A DNA stretch of 24,240 bases from a virus (lineage: Duplodnaviria; Caudoviricetes). The stretch covers positions 1 through 24,240 of IMG/VR virus record IMGVR_UViG_3300022206_000008. One strand, given 5' to 3'. Each line of letters starts with the position of its first letter. Positions within the stretch are counted from its first letter, which is position 1. Positions 8,457 to 14,998 of this stretch are shown here, one piece after another. The notes beneath the pieces were generated by a model that was not told where the DNA came from, ran no database searches, and saw only the letters and a program-made list of their open reading frames with translations. A program made the translations under genes and the position numbers.

Positions 8457-9479
8457 TCACGTGTTGCGGACTTCCCACGTGCCCTCGTTGCGGACGGAGC
8501 CGTGACCGACAGCGACCTTCGCAACCACGAAGTCCTCCTGCCGACGCACGTCACGCGTCTTTTCGAGGCCCATGCCGACCAGCTTGGTCGTGCCCACGCC
8601 ATCGTTGATCCAACCGGCGCCCAGCGTAGTCGAGAAGTCGGCACGATACTTCGCCTTCACGGCGGCGTTCGCGCTGTCATCAGACTGCGGCAGGAGGTTG
8701 GTCGGGAACATGTGGACCGAACGCAAGCGAATGGTCTCCAGGCCCTCAACGCCTCCCTGGGTGAACTGATTGTCCTTGTTGGCGAACAGGAAGTTGTTGG
8801 TGGCGCCGTCGTTCTGCGTCGCGTACGTCACGGCGTCGAACGTGTCCTCGGGGACAGCCAGCCAAATCTTCTCCTTGGCCTTGATGTTGTTCTGGCCGGC
8901 GAGCACACGGATTTTCCGCATGACCTCCCACCACTGCGCACCAGCGGTGGCGGTGATGGTGCCAGAAACGTCGGCCGACAGAACCTCGCGGCCCGCCGGG
9001 AACGGTGAAGTCGTCTGCGAGCCACCGCCGAGGGTGCTGTCGTCGCGCGCCGTCTTGATGATGGTGCGGTAGACGTTCTCGTCGAACACACGCGCGATGG
9101 CGTCGCCCAACTCCTCGGTGTAACGAGCGCGCACGTCGAAGTGGCTCATGGCCTCGTCGAGGTCATAGATGCCGATGTGCGACACGAGCAGGCCGTCGAT
9201 GGAGATGACGCGCTCGGTCTCGTCGGTGTCCTGGCCCAGCATCTCCTGACCGGCAACGTGGTAGTGAGCGTCCACTTTCCAGGTCTTGGGGAACTGAGCG
9301 GACTTGCCGCTCGAAATCTGCCGCACATAGTGGCGCGACATGGTGTGGGTCGTCTCGGTGAACGCAGCGAAGACCTCGCCGCCGAACATCTTGAGGAACA
9401 GACCCGTGGCGTCGGTAGTGTCAGCTACGTCAGTACCGAAGCGAGTGGGGGCCGAAGGGTCCCCTACGAAAAAGGCGAT
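8457..9479 (-). CDS. gp10: Major capsid protein, T7 gp10A-like; probable start at non-canonical ATC (9479), 30 codons upstream of the ORF-track ATG (9389)
   Basis: LFLKMFGGEV, RQISSGKSAQFP, ISIDGLL, IYDLDEAMSHFDVRARY..ELG.AIA and KVAVGHG..R are gp10 motifs. The conserved LFLK lies upstream of ATG 9389. The sequence reads AGGAGG-ctgct-ATC, with an in-frame TAG at 9489-9491. The product would be 340 aa. The product call is near certain; the start is less so. Confidence 0.9.
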   Translation of the reverse strand: MAFFVGDPSAPTRFGTDVADTTDATGLFLKMFGGEVFAAFTETTHTMSRHYVRQISSGKSAQFPKTWKVDAHYHVAGQEMLGQDTDETERVISIDGLLVSHIGIYDLDEAMSHFDVRARYTEELGDAIARVFDENVYRTIIKTARDDSTLGGGSQTTSPFPAGREVLSADVSGTITATAGAQWWEVMRKIRVLAGQNNIKAKEKIWLAVPEDTFDAVTYATQNDGATNNFLFANKDNQFTQGGVEGLETIRLRSVHMFPTNLLPQSDDSANAAVKAKYRADFSTTLGAGWINDGVGTTKLVGMGLEKTRDVRRQEDFVVAKVAVGHGSVRNEGTWEVRNT

Positions 9480-9722
9480 AGCAGCCTCCTATACTCGGGT
9501 TTCTCAGTTTGGGCCTGCTGCGTCGGATTAACGTCGGGCTTCGTTGGTTATCCCCTCGGGGGCCACCGGGCCTTCTGAAGTCGTCTGCTTTAGGTATCAG
9601 GTCGTAGCCTGTTTCCTTGCGAGGGAAATCAGGTTACAGCCTGGGTAGGCACGTGGCTCCCCGCCGGGAGCGCGGCGCTTTGAGATGGAGGGAGCGAACC
9701 CCCTCCACTTACGAAGCGTCGA
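9480..9722 (-). promoter_or_regulatory. Structured non-coding leader upstream of major capsid gene (candidate cis-regulatory RNA)
   Basis: About 240 nt with no credible ORF and at least four predicted hairpins (9686-9707, 9656-9671, 9598-9643, 9546-9567), ending in the AGGAGG SD. Confidence 0.55.
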
Positions 9723-10193
9723 TCACGGATGCCAGACGGCAAGTTCCAACAGCGTCCACACCACGTCGTCGGTGTCGGTGTTGTTGCGAACCTGCAACTG
9801 GATATTGCTGTCCGTCTTCACCAGGGCCACGTTGTCGAACGTGAAGACCTTCGGCGTGGTCGTGACGGCAGACTGCGGACCCTCGACCGAAGTGGCGAGA
9901 ACGCGGTCGCTGTCGTTGCTGTCCACGATACGCGCGTCGAGTTCGTTGGTGCCCGTGGTCGCGTGCATCGAGATGGTGCCCTTGAACCGCATCTTGGTGT
10001 CCTGGGCAAAGCCGGCGGTCGGCTCGATCAGGCCAGAGCCATCAGCCAGGAGGTCGGCCTGGAGGCCCTTGGCGACGTAGGCAGCGGACACGTCGTCGGT
10101 CCAGGTGGAGGCGGCGGCAATGGTGACGGAGCCTGCGGCCTCGGAGTAATCCTCACCCTTCGGGGTGCGGAACTTCGGATTGATAAGAGACAT
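9723..10193 (-). CDS. Hypothetical beta-sandwich protein between scaffold and capsid; candidate head decoration protein
   Basis: 156 aa, Thr/Ala/Asp/Val-rich. The C-terminal FTFDNVALVKTDSNIQLQVRN...VVWTLLELAV resembles C1q/TNF/BclA-type jelly-roll endings. GGAAGG SD. Confidence 0.7.
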   Translation of the reverse strand: MSLINPKFRTPKGEDYSEAAGSVTIAAASTWTDDVSAAYVAKGLQADLLADGSGLIEPTAGFAQDTKMRFKGTISMHATTGTNELDARIVDSNDSDRVLATSVEGPQSAVTTTPKVFTFDNVALVKTDSNIQLQVRNNTDTDDVVWTLLELAVWHP

Positions 10194-10237
10194 TGGTGTT
10201 ACCTTCCAGTCGGGTAGTTGATACGCCCTTTACAGGA

Positions 10238-11074
10238 TCACGGAGTGTGAGCCCTCGGGTTCAGGTGGTACGTGCTGCGCGCGGCACGGTCAGTGACGGA
10301 AGCGCGGTACGCTTCGTCCGTCTTGTACCTCGGGTCAGCGATTGCCACCTGCAATTCGGCTTGGTCCTTGAACGGAGCCTCGCCGGCCGGGGGTGCGCCC
10401 CCAGCGTTCGGTGCGGTCTTAAGTCCGGGTCCCGACGCCAATGGCGGCAGGCCCATCCTAGACCGTAGTTCGGCAATGGTCGCGTCACGCGTCGTCGCGT
10501 CATTGATCATGCCGTCGAGTTTGTCGATATCGTCGCCGGTCAGGTTCTTCTCGGCCCAATCGACGATCTTGTTGAACTCGGCTTCCCCGCCCATGGCCGT
10601 CATGATGGCGGACGTGTGGTCGTCCAGACCTTCCTTGGTCATGTCCACGACGCCCTTCACGCGCTCGCGTGGGATACCGATGCTTTCGAACGCCTTGTAC
10701 TGCTCGTCGGTGAGGTCACCGTGTTCGGCGATCTGCTTGTCGATTACTTCGAAGTCCAGGCCCGCCTGCTCGACGGCGGTCTTGATGGCGTCGTCGGCGG
10801 GCTTCTCCTCGCCCTCGGGCTTCTCGGCGGGCTTCTCCGCAGCCTGCTTCGCCTTGAACTCGGCCTCGATGGCGTGGGACTTCCAGTCGTACGCGCCCGT
10901 ATCCTTGTTGTAGAACTTCTCGGCGCCCCCCTCAGGCATGGGCTCGACTGTGCCCTTCTCGGGCTCGTCGCCACCGACATGCGCTTGGGAACCGTCTGCG
11001 TTCGTCACAACAGCGGGCTTCTCCTCACCCTCACCGGGCTTGGCGTCGTCTTTCTTCAGTGTTACTTCCGTCAC
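10238..11074 (-). CDS. gp9: Capsid assembly scaffolding protein, T7 gp9-like
   Basis: Acidic protein with GGEAEFNKIVDWAEKNL and F...AEL..AIADPRYKTDEAYRASV motifs. GTG start with GGAGGAG SD. Confidence 0.92.
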   Translation of the reverse strand: MTEVTLKKDDAKPGEGEEKPAVVTNADGSQAHVGGDEPEKGTVEPMPEGGAEKFYNKDTGAYDWKSHAIEAEFKAKQAAEKPAEKPEGEEKPADDAIKTAVEQAGLDFEVIDKQIAEHGDLTDEQYKAFESIGIPRERVKGVVDMTKEGLDDHTSAIMTAMGGEAEFNKIVDWAEKNLTGDDIDKLDGMINDATTRDATIAELRSRMGLPPLASGPGLKTAPNAGGAPPAGEAPFKDQAELQVAIADPRYKTDEAYRASVTDRAARSTYHLNPRAHTP

Positions 11075-11089
11075 TGGTCTCTCCTCCAG

Positions 11090-11290
11090 TTAGTCTTTGG
11101 GACGCTGTTCCATCGCCAGCTTCATCGCCTCGTCGGCGTCGGTGACGAGTTGTTCCTGCTCGGCGGAGGCTGTGCCGTCACGTACAGCCTTGATCGCCTC
11201 CCACCTGATCTTGCCGAACCGCTCACCGTCTTTGCCGAAGCTGTGACAGTTACCGAACGGCTTCCTCTCGTTAAATGCTTCCCAGGCCAT
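11090..11290 (-). CDS. Small hypothetical protein between portal and scaffold
   Basis: 66 aa, TAATG-coupled to the portal stop, GGAGGAG SD, fills the gap exactly. Confidence 0.65.
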   Translation of the reverse strand: MAWEAFNERKPFGNCHSFGKDGERFGKIRWEAIKAVRDGTASAEQEQLVTDADEAMKLAMEQRPKD

Positions 11291-12822
11291 TAGGCTCCTC
11301 CTCCTTGTTCTGCCTGTGCTTTCGCGATGTTCGGAGCGGCCTTCTCGATGGCGCCTCGCGCGGTGGCGAGGTTCGACTGTCGCTCCTCCTCCTGAATACG
11401 CTCAGCCTCCGTCCGGGTTGCCCCGGCGAAGCCCAGGCCAATCAGGGCGGGCTTGATGATGTCCCCCAACTTCACGTTGGGCAGGACTTGCTCCGGCGAG
11501 CCGAAGCTGTTGAGTAGCTGTGCGGCCTGCATGGCGCGCGACGCATCCCGCTCACGGGACAGTGCATCGAGGCCGGTCAGGACCACGGGCTTCACCTGCT
11601 GCTCCCCGCCGACTGCGGGAAGGTCAGGGAGTTGCTCTTTGGCAGTCATGCTGGCGACCAGCAACGTCGTGCGGGCGCCCATCATGTCCCCGATCAGGGA
11701 CGCGAAGTTGCCGCCAAGCGCAGCCTCCAACTCTTGCAGGTCCCGCTCGATCTCCGTCGCGGTGACGCGCTCTGCGTTCCGCTGGCCGGCGCTGAACAGG
11801 AGGAACGCCTTCGCGATGTTCTCGCGCAGCGTCATGGCCTGCTTCTCGACGACAGCGATGGCTTGGTTCACGTCAAACGCTTTGAACTCGACCGTCTCCG
11901 GGTCGGCGACGACGGTGTCGCCCGTCATCGCTTGCTTGATGCGGTTGCGGATACCCTGTGTGTTGGCGCCAGGACGCACGAAGATGTAGCCAGTGGACGC
12001 GAGTGCGCTGAGTTCGAGCAGCGCCTTGTCGAGCGCCTCCAGCGAACGGAAGTCCGCCACATGCTCCTCGACCTTGGAGCGTCCGTAGTCTTCGCCGGGC
12101 GTTGCCGACCACCGGAGGAACCGGTACGGCAGGAGCCCCAGCGGGAAGTTCTCGGTGCCGACTTCAGCGCCCTCGATCTCCTGCGTGACCTTGTAGAACT
12201 TGACGCCCTTGCCGTCGTCCTCGATGCGTCCCCAGGTGTACATGAAGACTTCCGTCTCCGCCGTCGCACCTGCGGGGGCAAACTGGTCGATCTCGCCGGG
12301 CAGGGTGTCTTTGTCGAAGCGCTCGCAGATCACGAACTCCGCGACCTTGCCCCGGTGATCCCTGCGGACCACGTAGCTGTCGAGGCGGAACAGGCGGATG
12401 CTGTCATCGTCGAGCGTGTGTTCGCACACGTCGCCGGCAACGATCAACTGTTGATGCGCCTGGAACGTGATCGGTCGCCAGTCGGCGGTCTCCACCTTGC
12501 CCTGGACGATGGCTTCCATGAGCGCGAGCCCGCGCGTCACGTCCGGGTCTTCGACCCCCTGGTTCGCCATCTTCAACTCGGGCGGCAACTCGAACTTCAT
12601 GTAGTTGCGGCCGGCGGGCATGAAAGCGCTGGTGTTGCGCGACGCCAAGTGGACGACCACGCGCGCGCCGAGGCCCTGGTAGGGCTCGACAAGGTGTGAC
12701 TGGTGGTCATGTCCCTCAAGCGGCATGAGCGACGGGATGGTCAGGAGCGCGTTGTGTCGTGCCCGCTGTAGGAACTGCTCACGGACTGTGGACAGTCGGT
12801 CGTACCGTTCCTTCGCAGACAT
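11290..12822 (-). CDS. gp8: Portal (head-tail connector) protein, T7 gp8-like
   Basis: AKERYDRL...R..FL.RA...A.LTIPSL, PYQGLGAR.V..LAS, YVVRRD..G, RW...GEDYGRS.VEE, QRNAERVTATEI...ELE.ALGG and TGLDALSR motifs; 510 aa. Confidence 0.95.
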   Translation of the reverse strand: MSAKERYDRLSTVREQFLQRARHNALLTIPSLMPLEGHDHQSHLVEPYQGLGARVVVHLASRNTSAFMPAGRNYMKFELPPELKMANQGVEDPDVTRGLALMEAIVQGKVETADWRPITFQAHQQLIVAGDVCEHTLDDDSIRLFRLDSYVVRRDHRGKVAEFVICERFDKDTLPGEIDQFAPAGATAETEVFMYTWGRIEDDGKGVKFYKVTQEIEGAEVGTENFPLGLLPYRFLRWSATPGEDYGRSKVEEHVADFRSLEALDKALLELSALASTGYIFVRPGANTQGIRNRIKQAMTGDTVVADPETVEFKAFDVNQAIAVVEKQAMTLRENIAKAFLLFSAGQRNAERVTATEIERDLQELEAALGGNFASLIGDMMGARTTLLVASMTAKEQLPDLPAVGGEQQVKPVVLTGLDALSRERDASRAMQAAQLLNSFGSPEQVLPNVKLGDIIKPALIGLGFAGATRTEAERIQEEERQSNLATARGAIEKAAPNIAKAQAEQGGGA

Positions 12823-12834
12823 ACTCTCACTCCC

Positions 12835-13110
12835 TTATGGTCCGTCGCGCTCTCTGCGCCTGCGGCCGAAGATGCCCGTGCGGTTCTTCCGCAGCGAGAC
12901 GTTTACGCCGCCACGGTCTCTGCGCTGACGATTGAAGATGCCGAGGCCGCCCTCGCGGTCGTCATCGCGGGGGGCGTCCGTGTCGTCGTTGCGCTGCCGA
13001 AGCTTGCCCTTCAGGGTCTCTTGTACCTTCTTCTTCTTCGCGGCCTTCTGCTCCTGTCCGGTCATCAATGCCTCGGGCGCGGGCGGTGGAGCAAATGCTT
13101 CGATAGCCAT
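12835..13110 (-). CDS. Small basic protein immediately upstream of portal (gp6.7/gp7.3 position, virion assembly)
   Basis: 91 aa with Pro-rich N-terminus, Lys/Arg-rich, TAATG-coupled, GAGGAG SD. Function is from synteny only. Confidence 0.6.
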   Translation of the reverse strand: MAIEAFAPPPAPEALMTGQEQKAAKKKKVQETLKGKLRQRNDDTDAPRDDDREGGLGIFNRQRRDRGGVNVSLRKNRTGIFGRRRRERDGP

Positions 13111-13277
13111 TACGTCTGCTCCTCTTTGTCCACTCGCATTTTGGCGCGCGACACGGAGCCGCGTTCCCGCATGCGTCGCTCGCGGACGCGGCGGATTGCC
13201 CCGCCGAAGGACTGCGGGTCAAGGTCCGTTCGGAAAATCCTGGGCGGCGTGGGCTTCTTCGGCTTCTTCTTGCTCAT
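13110..13277 (-). CDS. Small highly basic hypothetical protein
   Basis: MSKKKPKKPTPPRIF...RRVRERRMRERG, 55 aa from ATG 13277 (GGAG SD). Its TAA overlaps the next ATG, and it overlaps the upstream gene by 59 nt. Confidence 0.5.
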   Translation of the reverse strand: MSKKKPKKPTPPRIFRTDLDPQSFGGAIRRVRERRMRERGSVSRAKMRVDKEEQT

Positions 13278-13737
13278 GATCTCGCTCCAGGTCAATGTAG
13301 TAGTAGTCGTCTTCGTCCTTGTCCCAGCCAAGGATCGAGTACAAGCGGCGCAGTTGTGGCGTCGTCGCCAGTCCGCGCACGCAGGATATATCGGGGCACC
13401 GGGAGGCGTCCACGACTGCTTCCCAAATCTGCTCGACGATGCGCGGGCTCAGCCAACGTGCTCGCCAGTCAGGATGCGCGCAGCCGTGCTGCTCCAGCAG
13501 CCACGTCTTGATCAGACCGTACCAAACGACGGCCACAGTGTCACCCGTCTCCGTGTCGTAGACTTCGCTGATCCAACACAGATCGAGCATCTGCGGGTCG
13601 TCAGTCCACAGGAACCCCTGGGGATGGTACGCCAAGACGAATTTCGCCAGACCCATCAAGTACTTTGGCGAGCCCCCGAAGGGCGCTGTCACCCTCACCT
13701 TCAGGCGTGACGGGTCCTTCCGCTTCGGCTCGCTCAT
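13219..13737 (-). CDS. Putative GNAT-fold N-acetyltransferase-like protein
   Basis: Strong GGAGGAGGAG SD. The pattern VAVVWY...EQHGCAHPDWRARW...RRLYSILGW resembles GNAT motif A (V.P..RG.G) and the terminal Y.+LGF motif. Confidence 0.55.
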   Translation of the reverse strand: MSEPKRKDPSRLKVRVTAPFGGSPKYLMGLAKFVLAYHPQGFLWTDDPQMLDLCWISEVYDTETGDTVAVVWYGLIKTWLLEQHGCAHPDWRARWLSPRIVEQIWEAVVDASRCPDISCVRGLATTPQLRRLYSILGWDKDEDDYYYIDLERDHEQEEAEEAHAAQDFPNGP

Positions 13738-13936
13738 GTTCCTCCTCCTCCAGGGCTTCCTTCAGGTCATCGACGAAGGCGCGCTGCGCTGCCATCCACA
13801 TGAAACTGTCGAAGTTCTCGCGGAAGTTCTTGACCCCCTCTGGGGTGCGCGGCATAGCGACCGGCGGGCACGCGGCGTCCAGCAGCATCACCATGTCGTA
13901 GGTGAACCTGGGAAGGGCGTCCTCTTTTGTAGCCAT
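13601..13936 (-). CDS. T7 gp6.5-like hypothetical protein (first late gene)
   Basis: ATG 13936 follows a GAGGAGGAGGAG SD. The pattern MV.LLD..CPP ... WMAAQRAFVDDL resembles gp6.5-like proteins. First gene after the candidate late promoter. Confidence 0.6.
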   Translation of the reverse strand: MATKEDALPRFTYDMVMLLDAACPPVAMPRTPEGVKNFRENFDSFMWMAAQRAFVDDLKEALEEEEHERAEAEGPVTPEGEGDSALRGLAKVLDGSGEIRLGVPSPGVPVD

Positions 13937-13990
13937 CTCCTCCTCCTCTACCTGCGATTGAGAACCACTCGCAACAATGCCACAAAAAAA

Positions 13991-14023
13991 TATCGGTTCC
14001 ATTGGGCAGAGGGGGTCTTTTGG
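13991..14023 (-). promoter_or_regulatory. Candidate phage RNAP promoter, late copy (phi6.5 position)
   Basis: CCAAAAGACCCCCTCTGCC-CAATGGA-ACCGATA. The first block is 18/19 identical and the second 7/7 identical to the copy at 23251-23282. Intergenic, just downstream of a terminator. Confidence 0.75.
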
Positions 14024-14037
14024 GTGCAGCCCCAACG

Positions 14038-14085
14038 AAAAAAAAGCCCCCCTCCAGGGCTCCCGAGGGAACACTGAAGGGGGGC
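14038..14085 (-). terminator. Intrinsic terminator ending the DNA-metabolism module
   Basis: The minus strand reads GCCCCCCTTCAG-T-GTTCC-CTCG-GGAGC-C-CTGGAGGGGGGC-TTTTTTTT, a long GC stem followed by 8 U. Confidence 0.88.
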
Positions 14086-14136
14086 ATTTGGATCAGAAGG
14101 GGGACGACATGGCACACGCGGCCATGAGGGATTTGA

Positions 14137-14400
14137 TCAAGCTTTCCTCCTCCGATACTTCCAGGCGTGGACGAGCCACACCACGTTGACGCCGACGAGC
14201 GCGATGCCGCCAGCGAATGACATCCACTGCTCCAGGGACGGATAGAAGAACAGGTTCCAGAACCCCCAGCTAGTGAAGAAGACGGTGGTCCACGGGTTCA
14301 CCCCATGGACGCACCGGTCACGTCGGATGACGCGGACGTTCTCGCACAGGACGAGAGCGCCCACCAGTTCGAACGCCGCATTGATGGCGTCAGGGCTCAA
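14137..14400 (-). CDS. Small three-helix membrane protein, PQ-loop/SemiSWEET-like architecture
   Basis: 87 aa, TTG start overlapping the upstream TGA. Three hydrophobic segments, an amphipathic basic linker NVRVIRRDRCVHGVN after helix 1, a conserved-looking W and N in helices 2 and 3, and a basic tail. No literal PQ. Confidence 0.6.
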   Translation of the reverse strand: MSPDAINAAFELVGALVLCENVRVIRRDRCVHGVNPWTTVFFTSWGFWNLFFYPSLEQWMSFAGGIALVGVNVVWLVHAWKYRRRKA

Positions 14401-14597
14401 GCGACCTTCTCGCCGGTGATGATGTGCGCGAACACCTTGTCCGGGTTGATCAGGACGTAGCCCTCGTTACACAGGAGGCGGACGTAGTTGCCAGACAGGT
14501 CCACTTCGGTCACGCCGTGTAGGGAGAGACGGTAGCCGGTGTCACTCACAACGATGCGCTTCGCCTCGTTGACTTTCAGTACGTCTTTCTTCGCCAT
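14397..14597 (-). CDS. Small hypothetical beta-rich protein
   Basis: 66 aa from ATG 14597 (MAKKDVLKVNEAKRIVV...), GAGGAG SD. The longer ORF-track start overlaps the upstream gene. Confidence 0.7.
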   Translation of the reverse strand: MAKKDVLKVNEAKRIVVSDTGYRLSLHGVTEVDLSGNYVRLLCNEGYVLINPDKVFAHIITGEKVA

Positions 14598-14626
14598 TGT
14601 GTGTCTCCTCAAAGGTTGATTGTGAA

Positions 14627-14998
14627 TTAGAACGGTTGCTCCAGATCGGACACGAGTTCCCGAAGGTTCGCTTCCTTCTCTTTCTCGATCAGGATTGTCT
14701 CCAGTCGAGCCATGGCGTTCCATGCGGCATGCGCTGCGTGCAGGAAGTCCCACTCGGGATCGTACTCACCCTCGATCACTTCCTTCAGCATATGCCGGGC
14801 CTGCGCCTCCCGCAGGACGTTCGCCGCGTCGTCGATCTCCGTGAACGTCGTGTCGCCATCGGGCACGCCGTGCTTCTTGCAGCCCTCGTGGGACACGTCG
14901 GCCACCACAAGGATCGCTCGCGGGAACCGGCCGATGAACCCGGCGAACGGCATTGGCTTGGCGTACTTGGCCTGCGTCGCTTCGTTGCCTTTGCTCAC
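14627..14998 (-). CDS. DUF5664-type (dATP/dGTP diphosphohydrolase-like) protein
   Basis: FPRAILVVADVS..GCKKHG ... AQARHM ... DPE..FLHAAHAAWNAMARLE matches the family pattern P.AL..VA.V...GA.KY / A..RH / D.ESG..HLAHAA.N. GTG start overlapping the upstream TGA. Confidence 0.75.
   Translation of the reverse strand: MSKGNEATQAKYAKPMPFAGFIGRFPRAILVVADVSHEGCKKHGVPDGDTTFTEIDDAANVLREAQARHMLKEVIEGEYDPEWDFLHAAHAAWNAMARLETILIEKEKEANLRELVSDLEQPF

Noticed and set aside
8345-8500. T7 10A/10B-style programmed frameshift at the capsid C-terminus
   Set aside because: There is no convincing slippery site before the stop, and a terminator follows within about 40 nt. The overlapping 8345-8644 ORF runs through the terminator and looks non-coding.
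9686-9707. GGGGGTTCGCTCCCTCC resembles a tRNA T-arm or a tRNA-derived attP core
   Set aside because: The loop lacks the TTCRA consensus, there are no D or anticodon arms or acceptor stem, and no integrase is nearby. It is better explained as a UUCG hairpin.
10790-10850. EKPA repeats in the scaffold protein
   Set aside because: An ordinary low-complexity linker of gp9-type scaffolds.
13953-13973. TGCGA..TCGCA hairpin after the late promoter as an RNase III site (T7 R6.5 analogue)
   Set aside because: The position is suggestive, but the stem is too short to support the call from sequence alone.
13937-14074. ORF-track upstream extensions (14074 for gp6.5-like; likewise 14753, 16728, 17243, 19045, 21893, 22210, 22752)
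   Set aside because: They run through terminator/promoter elements or upstream genes. Downstream ATGs with an SD and/or stop-start overlaps fit better.
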